DNA of 57,995 bases, filler included, from an uncultured Synergistales bacterium (GCA_937897575.1; 5 parts of 5 records of this genome joined end to end with filler, not necessarily neighbours in it), one strand, 5' to 3'; positions 17,878 through 27,977 are shown, numbered from the whole stretch's first letter. Translations and numbers: made by a program. The notes: generated by a model from the letters alone, not told the origin.

Positions 17878-19071
17878 TCAGCCTTCGAGGTACTCGAGAA
17901 CGCAGGAGACCATGGCCTCCACCCCCAGGGGGAGGGACGCCTCGTCGGCCACGAAGCCGGGGTTGTGCAGGGGCGCCGCTTCATCCTTCGAAACAGCGCC
18001 CGGCCTGGTCCCCAGCCACATGAACAGGCCGGGAACCTCGCGGCTGAAGAAGGAGAAGTCCTCCCCGCCCAGGGCGGGCTTCTCCACCCGAAGGACCTTC
18101 TCGGCGCCGAAGACCTTTTCGAGGGCGCTGAAGGCCGTCTTCACCAGCTCGGGATCGTTCATGAGCGGCGGGTACCCCTTCACGTACTCCACGCGGCAGT
18201 CCCCGCCCATGCCCCGTGCGACCCCCTCCGCTATTCCCTGTATGCGGGAGGGCATGGCATCCTGAACATCGGGCGTCACGGTCCGCACGGTCCCCTCCAT
18301 GACCACCTCGCTCGCGATGACGTTGTACCTGTTGCCGCCTTTGATGGTCCCGATGGTGACCACCGCGGAGTCCAGAGGGCTCACGTTCCTCGAGACGATG
18401 GTCTGGAGGGCCGAGATCATCTGGGCGGAGATCGCGATTCCGTCCACTCCGTTCTCCGGCTCCGATCCGTGGGCCGCCTTGCCCGTCACGGTGATGAAGA
18501 GGCGGTCCGAGGCCCCCATGAGCGCCCCGGCCTTCGTGGCGACCGTCCCGGTCTCGAGGGCCGGCCAGACATGCAGGCCGAACATGGCGCCCACTCTGGG
18601 GTTCTCCAGCACGCCGTCGGCGATCATCCCCGGCGCGCCGCCCTTGGGGTTCCCCTCCTCCGCGGGCTGGAAGACGAACTTCACGGAGCCTCGAAGGTCT
18701 TTGCGCATATCGGCCAGCACGAACGCGGCTCCGAGAAGCATGGCCGTGTGGGCATCGTGCCCGCAGGCGTGCATGACCCCCTTCACCGTCGAGGCGTTGG
18801 GGAGCCCCGTCTTCTCCTCCATGGGGAGGGCGTCCATATCCGCCCGGAGGGCGACGCAGGGCCCAGGGTGCCCCCCTTCGAGGAGCCCCACCACACCGTG
18901 CCCCCCCACGCCGGTGCGCACCTCCAGGCCGAGCTCCCGGAGCGTATCGGCCACGAGGACCGCGGTCTTCTCCTCCTGATAGCTCAGTTCCGGGTTCCTG
19001 TGGATGGTCCACCGGAGATCCCGCACCCTCGGCCCGTGTTTTTCCACAAGGGATTTCAGCTGTTCTCTCAT
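17878..19071 (-). CDS. M20D-family amidohydrolase (hippurate/N-acyl-amino acid hydrolase-like)
   Basis: HRNPELSYQE, ALRADMDALP, MHACGHDAH, FQPAEEG, GGEDFSF, LHNPGF. Confidence 0.93.
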   Translation of the reverse strand: MREQLKSLVEKHGPRVRDLRWTIHRNPELSYQEEKTAVLVADTLRELGLEVRTGVGGHGVVGLLEGGHPGPCVALRADMDALPMEEKTGLPNASTVKGVMHACGHDAHTAMLLGAAFVLADMRKDLRGSVKFVFQPAEEGNPKGGAPGMIADGVLENPRVGAMFGLHVWPALETGTVATKAGALMGASDRLFITVTGKAAHGSEPENGVDGIAISAQMISALQTIVSRNVSPLDSAVVTIGTIKGGNRYNVIASEVVMEGTVRTVTPDVQDAMPSRIQGIAEGVARGMGGDCRVEYVKGYPPLMNDPELVKTAFSALEKVFGAEKVLRVEKPALGGEDFSFFSREVPGLFMWLGTRPGAVSKDEAAPLHNPGFVADEASLPLGVEAMVSCVLEYLEG

Positions 19072-19417
19072 GGTCTTCCCTCCCAGTCAGTGGATGGTGA
19101 AACCGCCCCGATTCCGATCTTGCGCCGCTCTGGACTTCTCAGCCTCCGCGGAAGGGGAAACGCTTCACCCCGCGAGGCAAACCGGAGGCCGATGCCGCAG
19201 AGCAACGCCATTCCAACGAGGTGCGCAGGATACACTGCTCTCTTCGAGGGCTCCTCATCACGCTGTCGGTGCGGGTACCCCGGACGTATCGAACGATCGC
19301 CGTCGGGTTGCTCCTCGCGCCCTCGTCCGACCTTCGGTGGTTCCCGGGCCCTCTCCTACGAAGCGTGCGAGCATCTTCATCGCTTTGGAAGTCCGCTGCC
19401 ACATTCCGATTTTATTG

Positions 19418-19446
19418 ATTGTAGAAAAAATGCGGCACGGGGTCAA
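19418..19446 (-). promoter_or_regulatory. Sigma70 promoter of the amidohydrolase operon
   Basis: Minus strand TTGACC-17-TACAAT; implies a leader of about 340 nt before ATG 19071. Confidence 0.7.
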
Positions 19447-19632
19447 GATTGCCTGAATTCACTCCTTTCTTGGATAAAAAACGCTGGCAACACACGGTTC
19501 GCGCGAACGAGCACGTCACGCCTCCAGGGGAGTCCTCCGGGAAAACATGCCCCTCCGCGCTCCGTCGTCCTCCCGGTGCGATATGATAGTCTCATGGAGA
19601 AACCACCCTTTTCATAAGGAGGAAGAGGAGCC

Positions 19633-20918
19633 ATGGACAGCTTCGACGAGTTCGCCGCCCGGGCCGCTGCACTGGATGAAGCGGACGAGCTGAGCGCGTT
19701 CAAAGAGGAGTTCTTTCTCCCCGAGGGGACGGTCTATATGGACGGGAACTCTCTGGGGCTCGCCCCGAGGGCGGCGAAGGAGGCTCTGGAGCGGAGCTTC
19801 GGCGAGTGGCGCGACCTCGCCATCGGCGGATGGCTCGACGGGAATCCGCCCTGGTTCCATCTGGCCGAGGAGGCTGGCCGGCTCATGGCCCCCTTGTGGG
19901 CGCGTCGCCCGACGAGATCGTCCTGAGCGCTTCGACCACCGTGAACCTCCACGCCCTGGTGAGTACCTTCTACGAGCCCAAGGGGCGTCGGACCAAGATC
20001 GTGGCCGACGAGCTGAACTTCCCCTCGGACATCTACGCCCTGGAGAGCGAGATCCGGCTGAAGGGGCTCGACCCGAGGGAGCATCTGGTGCTCGTCCGCT
20101 CCCGGGACGGGCGGATCATCGACGAGGAGGACGTCCTGGCCGCCTTCGACGACTCGGTGGCCCTGGCGCTGCTGCCCGGAGTGCTCTACCGGAGCGGGCA
20201 GCTTCTGGACATGGAGCGCCTGACGAGTGCGGCCCACAAGCGGGGAATCGTTATCGGCTTCGACTGCGCCCACTCGGCGGGCGCCCTCCCCCACGACCTC
20301 TCGAAGTGGGGGGCGGACTTCGCCTTCTGGTGCAGCTACAAGTATCTGAACGGCGGCCCCGGAAGCCCGGCCTTCCTCTACGTGAACCGAAAGCACTTCC
20401 ACCGCACGCCCGGCCTGGCCGGGTGGTTCGGCTACGACAAGGCCCGTCAGTTCGACATGGCCCTGGAGTTTCATCACGCCCGGTCCGCCGGAGGGTGGCA
20501 GATCGGCACCCCCTCCGTCCTCTCGGCATCCACGGTCCTCCCGTCCCTCGAGCTCTTCGGGCGGGCGGGCATGGAGCGCCTGCGCAAAAAATCCCTCGCC
20601 CTGACGGACTTCCTCATGGCCATGGTGGACGGCGTCCTCTCGCGGGAGCCCTACGGCTACTCCGTCGGCACGCCGCGGGAGGCCGCCCGGCGAGGCGGCC
20701 ACGTCTCCCTGGAGCACCACGAGGCCTGGCGGATCTGCCAGGCCTTGAAGAAACGGAGGATCATCCCGGACTTTCGTCCGCCGCGGGTCATCCGGATCGC
20801 GCCCGTGCCCCTGTACAACTCCTTCGGCGACGTGCTCGCCGTGGCCCGGGCGTTGAAGGAGATCGTGGACCGCCGTGAGTACGAGGCCTTCTCCACCCAA
20901 AGGGACGCCGTCTCCTGA
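19633..20918 (+). pseudogene. kynU: Kynureninase, split by a 1-nt frameshift in a C run at 19889-19893
   Basis: YMDGNSLGLAP in one frame; LVGASPDEIV...TVNLH, NFPSDIYA, GFDCAHSAG, WCSYKYLNGGPG, LAGWFG, PDFRPP, APVPLYNSF in another. One extra C restores MAPLVGASPDE. Confidence 0.88.
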
Positions 20919-21004
20919 CGAAAAGGTACGACGGACGGCCCGCGACGACGCTGTCCGTCGTGTGAAAAGCTCCGGACGCGGAATAGGACGGACGGGTGCA
21001 GACG

Positions 21005-21032
21005 AAAGGGGCCGGCGATCGCCGGCCCCTTT
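21005..21032. terminator. Bidirectional terminator (28-bp perfect palindrome)
   Basis: AAAGGGGCCGGCGA|TCGCCGGCCCCTTT between convergent kynU and RND genes. Confidence 0.82.
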
Positions 21033-21035
21033 GCG

Positions 21036-24000
21036 CTATTTCGACGGTTCGGGGAGCGGGTCCGGGGTGGACACCTGCTTGAGCCGCTTCTTCTCGTCGC
21101 GCCGCTCCCTGAACTGGCCATAGATCTTGTAGACGCAGGGGATGACCAGCAGGGACACGATGCCGCCGGCGATGAGGCCGCCGATGGACACGAAGGCGAT
21201 GGGCTGGCGGAGCGCGCCGCCCATCCCCCGCCCGAGGGCCAGGGGGACCATGGAGATGACCGCCGTGGCGATGGCCATGACGAGCATCCGGAGGCGCACG
21301 GCCGTCGCCCGCTCTATGGCCACGGCCACCGACTCCCCCTCCTCCCTCCGCCTCGTCTCGGCGTAGTCGATGACCACGATGGCGTTGTTCACCACCAGCC
21401 CCACGAGCATGATGAGACCGATGAGGGCGAACATGCTCAGAGAGGTGCCCGAGAGGAGCATGGCCGGGATGACGCCCAGGGCCGCCAGGGGCACCGTGAG
21501 GATGATGATGACGGCGAAGACCCAGGATTCCAGGATGGCGGCGATGATGATGAAGGTCAGCGCGATGGCGATGGCGAGGGTCTGGCCCAGCTCCGTGAAG
21601 GTCTCCGCCATATCCGCGGCGTCGCCGCCGTAGGTGATGGTCATGCCCTTCGGGAGCTCCATCTCCGCGACGGCGGTCCGGACGGCGCCCGTGGCCTCGC
21701 CCACGGAGACGCCCCGCGCGTCGGCCTGCACCGTGACCGTCGTTCGCCGGTCTTTGCGGACGATCTCCGTCGGCCCGTCGCGCCACTGGACATCCGCCAT
21801 CTCCTCGAGGGGGACGAGGCCGAACTTCGTCATGATGGGCAGCTCCTGGAGCTTGAAGACGTCCTTGCCCTTGTCGGGGGCGATCCGGGCCTTGATGTCG
21901 AACTCGTAGCCTCCCTGACGGAACTTTCCGGCGTCCATGCCCACGAGGTAGCCGTAGACCACGTAGGACAGGGTCTTCATGTCGATTCCGAACTGGGAGA
22001 GACGCCACCGGACGGGGAGGATCTGCACCTCGGGCTTGCCCATCTCCACGTCGATGCCGGCGTCCACGACGCCCGGAACGGAGGATATCCTGTCCCGGAC
22101 CTTCTCGGCCATCCCGTAGAGCTCGCCGAGGTCGTCGCCGCCGACCTGCACCTGGATGGGACGCGAACCGCCCATGGTCCGGCGGAAGCCGCTGACGCTG
22201 CCCTCCACGCCGGGCATGGACGTCACGAAGGGGCGGAGGCCGTTGGCCATCTCGATGGTGGAGGGGCGGGGCACGCCCTCTTCGAAGTAGGCCTCGACGA
22301 CGGCGCCGTTGGTGCCGCGGCTCCGACCCGAGGACCCCACGGTGGAGACGATGTACTTAAGGGCCGGCAGGGTTCGCTTCATCTCCTCCTCAACCTCGAT
22401 GGCCCGTTCCAGGGTCACGGGCAGCGTGGTGTTGCTCGGCAGGGAGATGTTCACCGTCATGGCGCCCGAGTCCATCCTGGGCATCATCTCCGTGCCGATG
22501 AGCCCGCCCAGGAAGAAGACGCCCGTCGTCATGGCGGCGAAGAGCAGGATGGTGACCACGGGGTGGCGCAGGGCACGTCGCAGGAAGAACAGGAAGAACG
22601 TCTCGAAGCCCGAGTAGAGCCACTCCCACCAGCCGCAGAGGATCTTCGCCGCCAGGGACGTCCCCGAGTCCGATCTGAACCGCGCCGCCATGGAGGGCGT
22701 CAGCGTCAGGGAGACCCACAGGGCGAAGAGGGTGGCGTACACGATGGTCATGGCGTACTGCACCAGGAACTGCCCCGACAGGCCCCGCATGATGGCCACG
22801 GGCAGGAAGACGCCCAGGTTCGTCGCCGTGCCCGCCAGCACGGAGATGGCGATCTCCTTCGTCCCCTTTTCGGCGGCCTCCTCGGGGGCGTACCCCAGGT
22901 CCCGGTAGCGGTAGATGTTCTCGATGATGAGGATGGAGTTGTTCACGAGCACGCCCATGGAGATGGCGAGCCCGAGGGAGCTCATGATGTTCAGGGAGTA
23001 CCCGTGCATGGCCATGGGCAGGAAGGTGGCGAAGAGGGCCACGGGCATGGCGATGGCCACGATGATCGTGGCGGAGAAGCGCTTCAGGAAGAGGTAGAGA
23101 ACCACAGCGGTGAGCAGGATGCCGAAGCCCATGTCCCGAAGGACGTTCGTCACCGACGCCTCCACGAAGAGGGAGTCGTCGAAGGGGATCTCGGCGCTGA
23201 ACTGGGGCATGGTCTCGAGGATTTCGGCCAGCTCCTTCTTCACAAGCTGGCCCGCACGGACCACGTCGGAGTTGGGACGGGCGCTGATCCGAAGCTGCAC
23301 CACGGACTCGCCGTTCACCCGCGCAACAGAGCGCACGTCCGCCACGCCGTCCACCACCCGGCCCAGGTCCCCGAGGCGGACCGGGTAGCCCGACGGGGTG
23401 GGGATCATGATCTCCTCCAGGTCCTCCACCTCGTCGAACTCGCCCACGAGCCGAAGCCACGTCTCGTCCTTCTTCTGGGTGACGTACCCCGACGGGCTCG
23501 TCACGTTGTTCACCGCCACGACGGCTGTCAGGGTCTGGATGCTGACCTGATGGTCGCTCATGGCCGCCGGGTCGAGAAGGACCTGGATCTGCCGGTTCTC
23601 GCCGCCCGTCACGTCCGTCTGCCCCACGCCCTCCACCCGGGAGAGCCGCGGCATGATGGTGTCCTCGATGACGGTCTTGGCCTCCTTCGGCGGCAACGTG
23701 CTCCTGAAGGAGACGATGAGGAAGGGCATGGCGTTGATGTCCACCTTGCGGAAGATGGGCTCGTCCACGGTGTCGGGCAGGTCGCGCCGGGCGGCCTTCA
23801 CCTTGTTCGAGACGTCCACCAGCGCCTGGTCCACGCTGACGTTCACCTCCATCTCGAGGATGACCAGCGAACGTCCCTCGGAGGAGTAGCTCGTGATCTT
23901 GTCCAACCCCTCGAGGTCGGCCACGGAGTTCTCGATGGGCTTCGTGACCAGCTGCTCTATCTCGTGAGGGCTCGCGCCCGTATACGTGGCCATGACCACC

Positions 24001-24137
24001 ACCACGGGGATCTCGATCTTCGGGAGCAGCGCCACGGGCAGCCGGTTGTAGCTGCTCACGCCCAGAACGAAGAGCACGAGGACCATGGCCCAGGTGAACA
24101 CCGGGCGTTTGATGCAGAAGCGGACCAGAGCGCCCAT
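21036..24137 (-). CDS. RND efflux permease (AcrB/AcrD/AcrF family)
   Basis: 1033 aa; IKRPVF, YTGASPHEIEQLVTKPIE, GVLVNNSILIIENI, GLVVNNAIVVID, VRLRMLVM. Confidence 0.94.
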   Translation of the reverse strand: MGALVRFCIKRPVFTWAMVLVLFVLGVSSYNRLPVALLPKIEIPVVVVMATYTGASPHEIEQLVTKPIENSVADLEGLDKITSYSSEGRSLVILEMEVNVSVDQALVDVSNKVKAARRDLPDTVDEPIFRKVDINAMPFLIVSFRSTLPPKEAKTVIEDTIMPRLSRVEGVGQTDVTGGENRQIQVLLDPAAMSDHQVSIQTLTAVVAVNNVTSPSGYVTQKKDETWLRLVGEFDEVEDLEEIMIPTPSGYPVRLGDLGRVVDGVADVRSVARVNGESVVQLRISARPNSDVVRAGQLVKKELAEILETMPQFSAEIPFDDSLFVEASVTNVLRDMGFGILLTAVVLYLFLKRFSATIIVAIAMPVALFATFLPMAMHGYSLNIMSSLGLAISMGVLVNNSILIIENIYRYRDLGYAPEEAAEKGTKEIAISVLAGTATNLGVFLPVAIMRGLSGQFLVQYAMTIVYATLFALWVSLTLTPSMAARFRSDSGTSLAAKILCGWWEWLYSGFETFFLFFLRRALRHPVVTILLFAAMTTGVFFLGGLIGTEMMPRMDSGAMTVNISLPSNTTLPVTLERAIEVEEEMKRTLPALKYIVSTVGSSGRSRGTNGAVVEAYFEEGVPRPSTIEMANGLRPFVTSMPGVEGSVSGFRRTMGGSRPIQVQVGGDDLGELYGMAEKVRDRISSVPGVVDAGIDVEMGKPEVQILPVRWRLSQFGIDMKTLSYVVYGYLVGMDAGKFRQGGYEFDIKARIAPDKGKDVFKLQELPIMTKFGLVPLEEMADVQWRDGPTEIVRKDRRTTVTVQADARGVSVGEATGAVRTAVAEMELPKGMTITYGGDAADMAETFTELGQTLAIAIALTFIIIAAILESWVFAVIIILTVPLAALGVIPAMLLSGTSLSMFALIGLIMLVGLVVNNAIVVIDYAETRRREEGESVAVAIERATAVRLRMLVMAIATAVISMVPLALGRGMGGALRQPIAFVSIGGLIAGGIVSLLVIPCVYKIYGQFRERRDEKKRLKQVSTPDPLPEPSK

Positions 24138-24139
24138 AG

Positions 24140-25246
24140 CTAGTTGGCTGCCCTCTCGTCCGCCGCAGTCGTCTCCGACGCCCTCGTATCCGCGATCTTC
24201 ACGGCCGCCCCGTCGGACAGAAGGTTGAAGCCTCTCGTGACCACAAGGTCCCCGTCGTTCAGCCCCGACTCGACGATCACGCGGCCGTCCTGCCCGTCGC
24301 CCGGCACGATGGTCCGCGCCCTGGCTCGGCTTTCCGCCTGGTCCACCACGTAGACGTAGGCCTCTTCGCCGCGGCGGAGCACCACCTCTGTCGGGACGAC
24401 GATCACGTTCTCCCTGTGTTCCACCAGGAAGCGCCCCTCGAGGTAGGTCCCCGGCAGCACCTTCGAATCGGCCGGAAGGCCGACGAGGACGGGGTACAGC
24501 CCCGAGCCGGCCGCCGCCTCGGGGGACACGCGCTTCACCATGCCCCGTTCCGTGCCGTCCTGGGTGACGACCTCCACCGGCATGTCCTTCGCCACGGAGC
24601 GGATGTCCCGCCGCGAGACCATGAAGTCCACCTCGAGAGCTCCGATGTCCACCACGGTCAGCAGGGGTTTCCCGGGCTCGGCCACCTCGCCGGGCTCCAC
24701 CATCCGGGCGGACACGACGCCGTTCAGGCTCGCCTGCACCTGGGTCCTGTTCACCGTGGTCCGGGATGCCTGGAGCTTGGCCTGCTCCTCCTTCACCTTC
24801 GACTGCGCCTGCTCGACCTGGGCTTTGGACACGCCGCCCGACTTTGCGAGGGCCGAGAGGCGTTCGTACTCCCTTCGGGCGTCGTCGTAGTTCGCCTGAA
24901 CCGCCGCCATGTCCAGGCGGTAGTTCTGGGACGACAGGGTCACCAGCGTCTGCCCCTTCTTCACGTGGTCGCCCACACGGACGTGGACCTCCTGCACGAT
25001 CTCGCGCACATAGGATGTCACGTTCTGGCTGTTCACGGTCTTCACCTGGCCGTAGTAGTTCCGCCGGACCTCCCAGTCTTCACGGCCCGCCGGCGTCACG
25101 TCCACGGCGTATACCGGCTCGCCCTTGCCGGACATGGCCTGCTGGCGGATCTTCTCCGCGACCTTGAAGCCCATGAAGAGCACCAGAGTGCCCACGAGCA
25201 CCACCCAGAACAAAACCTTCAGGCTCGACGATAGCTTCCTCCACAT
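24140..25246 (-). CDS. RND periplasmic adaptor (membrane fusion protein)
   Basis: N-terminal TM, VHVRVGDHVKKGQTL lipoyl-like half, coiled coil, SGLNDGDLVVTRG. Confidence 0.92.
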   Translation of the reverse strand: MWRKLSSSLKVLFWVVLVGTLVLFMGFKVAEKIRQQAMSGKGEPVYAVDVTPAGREDWEVRRNYYGQVKTVNSQNVTSYVREIVQEVHVRVGDHVKKGQTLVTLSSQNYRLDMAAVQANYDDARREYERLSALAKSGGVSKAQVEQAQSKVKEEQAKLQASRTTVNRTQVQASLNGVVSARMVEPGEVAEPGKPLLTVVDIGALEVDFMVSRRDIRSVAKDMPVEVVTQDGTERGMVKRVSPEAAAGSGLYPVLVGLPADSKVLPGTYLEGRFLVEHRENVIVVPTEVVLRRGEEAYVYVVDQAESRARARTIVPGDGQDGRVIVESGLNDGDLVVTRGFNLLSDGAAVKIADTRASETTAADERAAN

Positions 25247-25253
25247 ACACCCA

Positions 25254-25886
25254 TCACCTTGACCCTTCCGGCGACGATACCCGTGCGAACAAGTCCATCA
25301 CCATATCCTGAAAACGCTCCCGTTCCACGGGGTGTCGCCCGTTCAACGCCGCGAAATACCATGAATCCATGATAGAGAGCACCGCCAGCCCCAATTTGCT
25401 CAGCACCTCCGGCGAAAAATCGTCCCGGAGGACGCCAAGGGCCTGTCCGCGCCGCACGAAATCCTCGAGGACGTCGTTCATCCTCCGGCGCAGACACCCC
25501 ACCCACTCGCCCGCCGTCTCGTCGCTCCTCGGCTCGAACACCCGCCGCGCCGCCTGGATGACCTTCATGTTCGCCTCGGCAAAGGAGAGCGTCTTCCCAT
25601 AGTACGCCCGGCAGAGGGGCCAGAAGTCCTCGGCGCGCTCCGGTCGGGGGAAGGGCCCCACGGAATCGAGAAAAAACCGCTCGAACTCCTCGAAGACCGC
25701 ACCGTAGAGCCTCTCCTTGTTCTCAACGTAGTAGTAGACTGCACCCTTGCTCAAACCCGACCGCTCGATGATCCTGTTGTAGGAAGCACCGGCGATCCCG
25801 AAAGCGGCGAACTCCTCCACCGCCGCCTCGAGAAGCGCCCGCCGCTTCTCCGCATCCAGCGTTCTCGACCCCGAAGAGGAGAGCAC
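25254..25886 (-). CDS. TetR/AcrR-family regulator
   Basis: LLEAAVEEFAAFGIAGASYNRIIERSGLSKGAVYYY; start reassigned to GTG 25886 after GGAGGT. Confidence 0.9.
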   Translation of the reverse strand: MLSSSGSRTLDAEKRRALLEAAVEEFAAFGIAGASYNRIIERSGLSKGAVYYYVENKERLYGAVFEEFERFFLDSVGPFPRPERAEDFWPLCRAYYGKTLSFAEANMKVIQAARRVFEPRSDETAGEWVGCLRRRMNDVLEDFVRRGQALGVLRDDFSPEVLSKLGLAVLSIMDSWYFAALNGRHPVERERFQDMVMDLFARVSSPEGSR

Positions 25887-25917
25887 AACAACACCTCCCG
25901 CAAGAATATCGACTGAT

Positions 25918-25946
25918 AAGTTAGACCATGCGGTCTGCTTTGTCAA
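25918..25946 (-). promoter_or_regulatory. Sigma70 promoter with TetR-type operator in the spacer
   Basis: Minus strand TTGACA-17-TAACTT; AGACC-N4-GGTCT inverted repeat at 25923-25936. Confidence 0.65.
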
Positions 25947-26113
25947 TGAGGGAAAGAGGGATTTTCACAGAGGTAGAACTCCGTCTCGTGCGCACAGGAA
26001 GGAGGAAGAACACACCCATTCTATCTTCTTTAATCAGCAACTCCGCCCCATGGGCGCAGGGAGAGGCGAACGCGGGGCGAAAGAGAGGACGCCGTCGTGG
26101 CGAAACCCTCTTT

Positions 26114-26178
26114 ACGGCCTTCCACATGGTGGCCATGCCCCAGGCACCCATGAGGAGCACCAAGGCCTTGACGCCCAG
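26114..26178 (-). repeat. 65-bp diverged copy of a near-terminal segment of the CadA-like gene (28045-28109)
   Basis: 60/65 identical by manual alignment; encodes LGVKALVLLMGAWGMATMWKAV. Confidence 0.9.
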
Positions 26179-26678
26179 GGCCATCACGCGGTCCGCTTCA
26201 TCCTTCTTGCGATCTCCGCGGCGTTGGCCGCACACCGACCCGAACTCGGCGGTTGGACGCCAACTCCGCGGGACGGGGCACCTTCTCTCACGCACATTCT
26301 CCTCCCCCAGAGCTGACGATGTGAAGAGCGGGGGATCACCCCCGGAGCTCTTTTTCGGCTCGAGACGACACACCGCTACTCGACCCTGTATAATGAGCCG
26401 GGAGAAAATGAACACGGTGACAAAGGCAAAAGCGTTCAGCCGGCAAACAATGTGAAGGCGGCTCTCTGTTGAAGAACGGCCGCGAGGATGAACCGGAAAG
26501 GGTCGTCCATTTGAGTGGTACGGAGGATCCCGCGCTCCTTTACCGTGTGAAACAGTGCGTCCGTGCTGACGCGGGGAAGAAGAGGACGGTGCGCACGCCT
26601 CCACTCCCCGTCAGGAGAAAAATCTTTCGCCGATTCCGCGGCGAAATCCTTCCGGTACGCTCCCAAGGGGTGAGCTGA

Positions 26679-27476
26679 ATGAAAAACACACGTACGCGGC
26701 AGGTGTACCGGTGGGTACGCAGGGTGCTCGACCCCATAGTGAAAGTGAATGTATGGACCGTTGTGCGGTGTTTGGCGAATATCCCGCGCTACGGACTCTT
26801 CCTGCGCGATTTCGTCCGGTACAGGAGTATGTCACGGGCGGAACAGATCCGTTTTGTCGATCTGTATCCCTTTCTCGATGATAGAGAGTATGGCTCGTGG
26901 ACAGGAAAAGGACAGTATTTCTACCAGGATATATGGGCTTTGCGCAAGGTACGGGAGAGCGGCGTGACACACCATGTGGACGTGGGCTCCAGGATCGACG
27001 GTTTCACCGGCCAATGCAGCGCCATATGTGCGGTGGAGTTTGTCGATCTGCGGAAGGTTGAACTGCGGCTTCCCGATCTCTCCGTGCGGGAGGGGGATAT
27101 TCTCCATCTGCCCTATGACGACCAATCCATTGAATCACTCTCATGTCTTCATGTCCTTGAACACATCGGCCTGGGACGATATGGCGATGCAATGAACCCC
27201 GAAGGTTCCAGGGAGGGGGCCCGGGAGTTGACAAGAGTGCTCGCTCCGGGAGGGAGTCTGTACCTGGGTATTCCCATAGGCCGCGAGCGCGTCGCTTTCA
27301 ATGCCCACAGGTTTTTCTCCACGAAAACGATCCTGAATTTCTTTCAGGGGCTGCATCTCGAGGAATTCTCCGCCATAACCGATGACGATGTTTTTGTGCG
27401 GAACGCATCACTCCAGGACTTTGAAAACGCGAACGACTCCTGCGGGCTTTTCCATTTCACGAGGAGGCGGGAGTGA
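26679..27476 (+). CDS. Class I SAM-dependent methyltransferase-like protein (DUF268-like)
   Basis: YFYQDIWA, HVDVGSRIDGF, SLSCLHVLEHIGLGRYGD, RVLAPGG, FNAHR; visibly less GC-rich than flanks. Confidence 0.8.
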   Translation: MKNTRTRQVYRWVRRVLDPIVKVNVWTVVRCLANIPRYGLFLRDFVRYRSMSRAEQIRFVDLYPFLDDREYGSWTGKGQYFYQDIWALRKVRESGVTHHVDVGSRIDGFTGQCSAICAVEFVDLRKVELRLPDLSVREGDILHLPYDDQSIESLSCLHVLEHIGLGRYGDAMNPEGSREGARELTRVLAPGGSLYLGIPIGRERVAFNAHRFFSTKTILNFFQGLHLEEFSAITDDDVFVRNASLQDFENANDSCGLFHFTRRRE

Positions 27477-27977
27477 AGACCGAGGGCCTTCAGATCATCA
27501 GGATCACAGGGACTATGACGGATATCGTTCTCTTGACCGGCCTGCACGCTCGACCGGGGAAATGCAAAAAATCGGCGCCCGGAAGACATTGTCGCCTTCC
27601 GGGTGCCTTCATCCTATAAAACCAATCGGTCAAACTCGGCGGGGGACTCCATTCCCAGCACTTCCGCCCCGAAACACCACCGGCAGGGTTGGCACAGCCT
27701 CGTCCGAGGAAGACGGCGCCCTTTCAGTACTGGGAGACGCCAAGCTCCTGGAACAATCCGTTGGGTACCCGCCTCATCCGGACCTCCTCCCCGCCGTGTG
27801 CTCCTCGGATATGACCTCCGCAAGAGAGGGGCCCTCTCACTGCGGGCACCGCCGCAGCGGCCCAGGGACGGAGACCGTAACGGGAAGAGAGCCCTTCCCG
27901 GCGATAGGGGAGCGGGGTTCCATCCGTTCTCCTCCCTCCCTCGTCTTCGCCACCATGGCTCTCTCCCCTTCGTCCTG

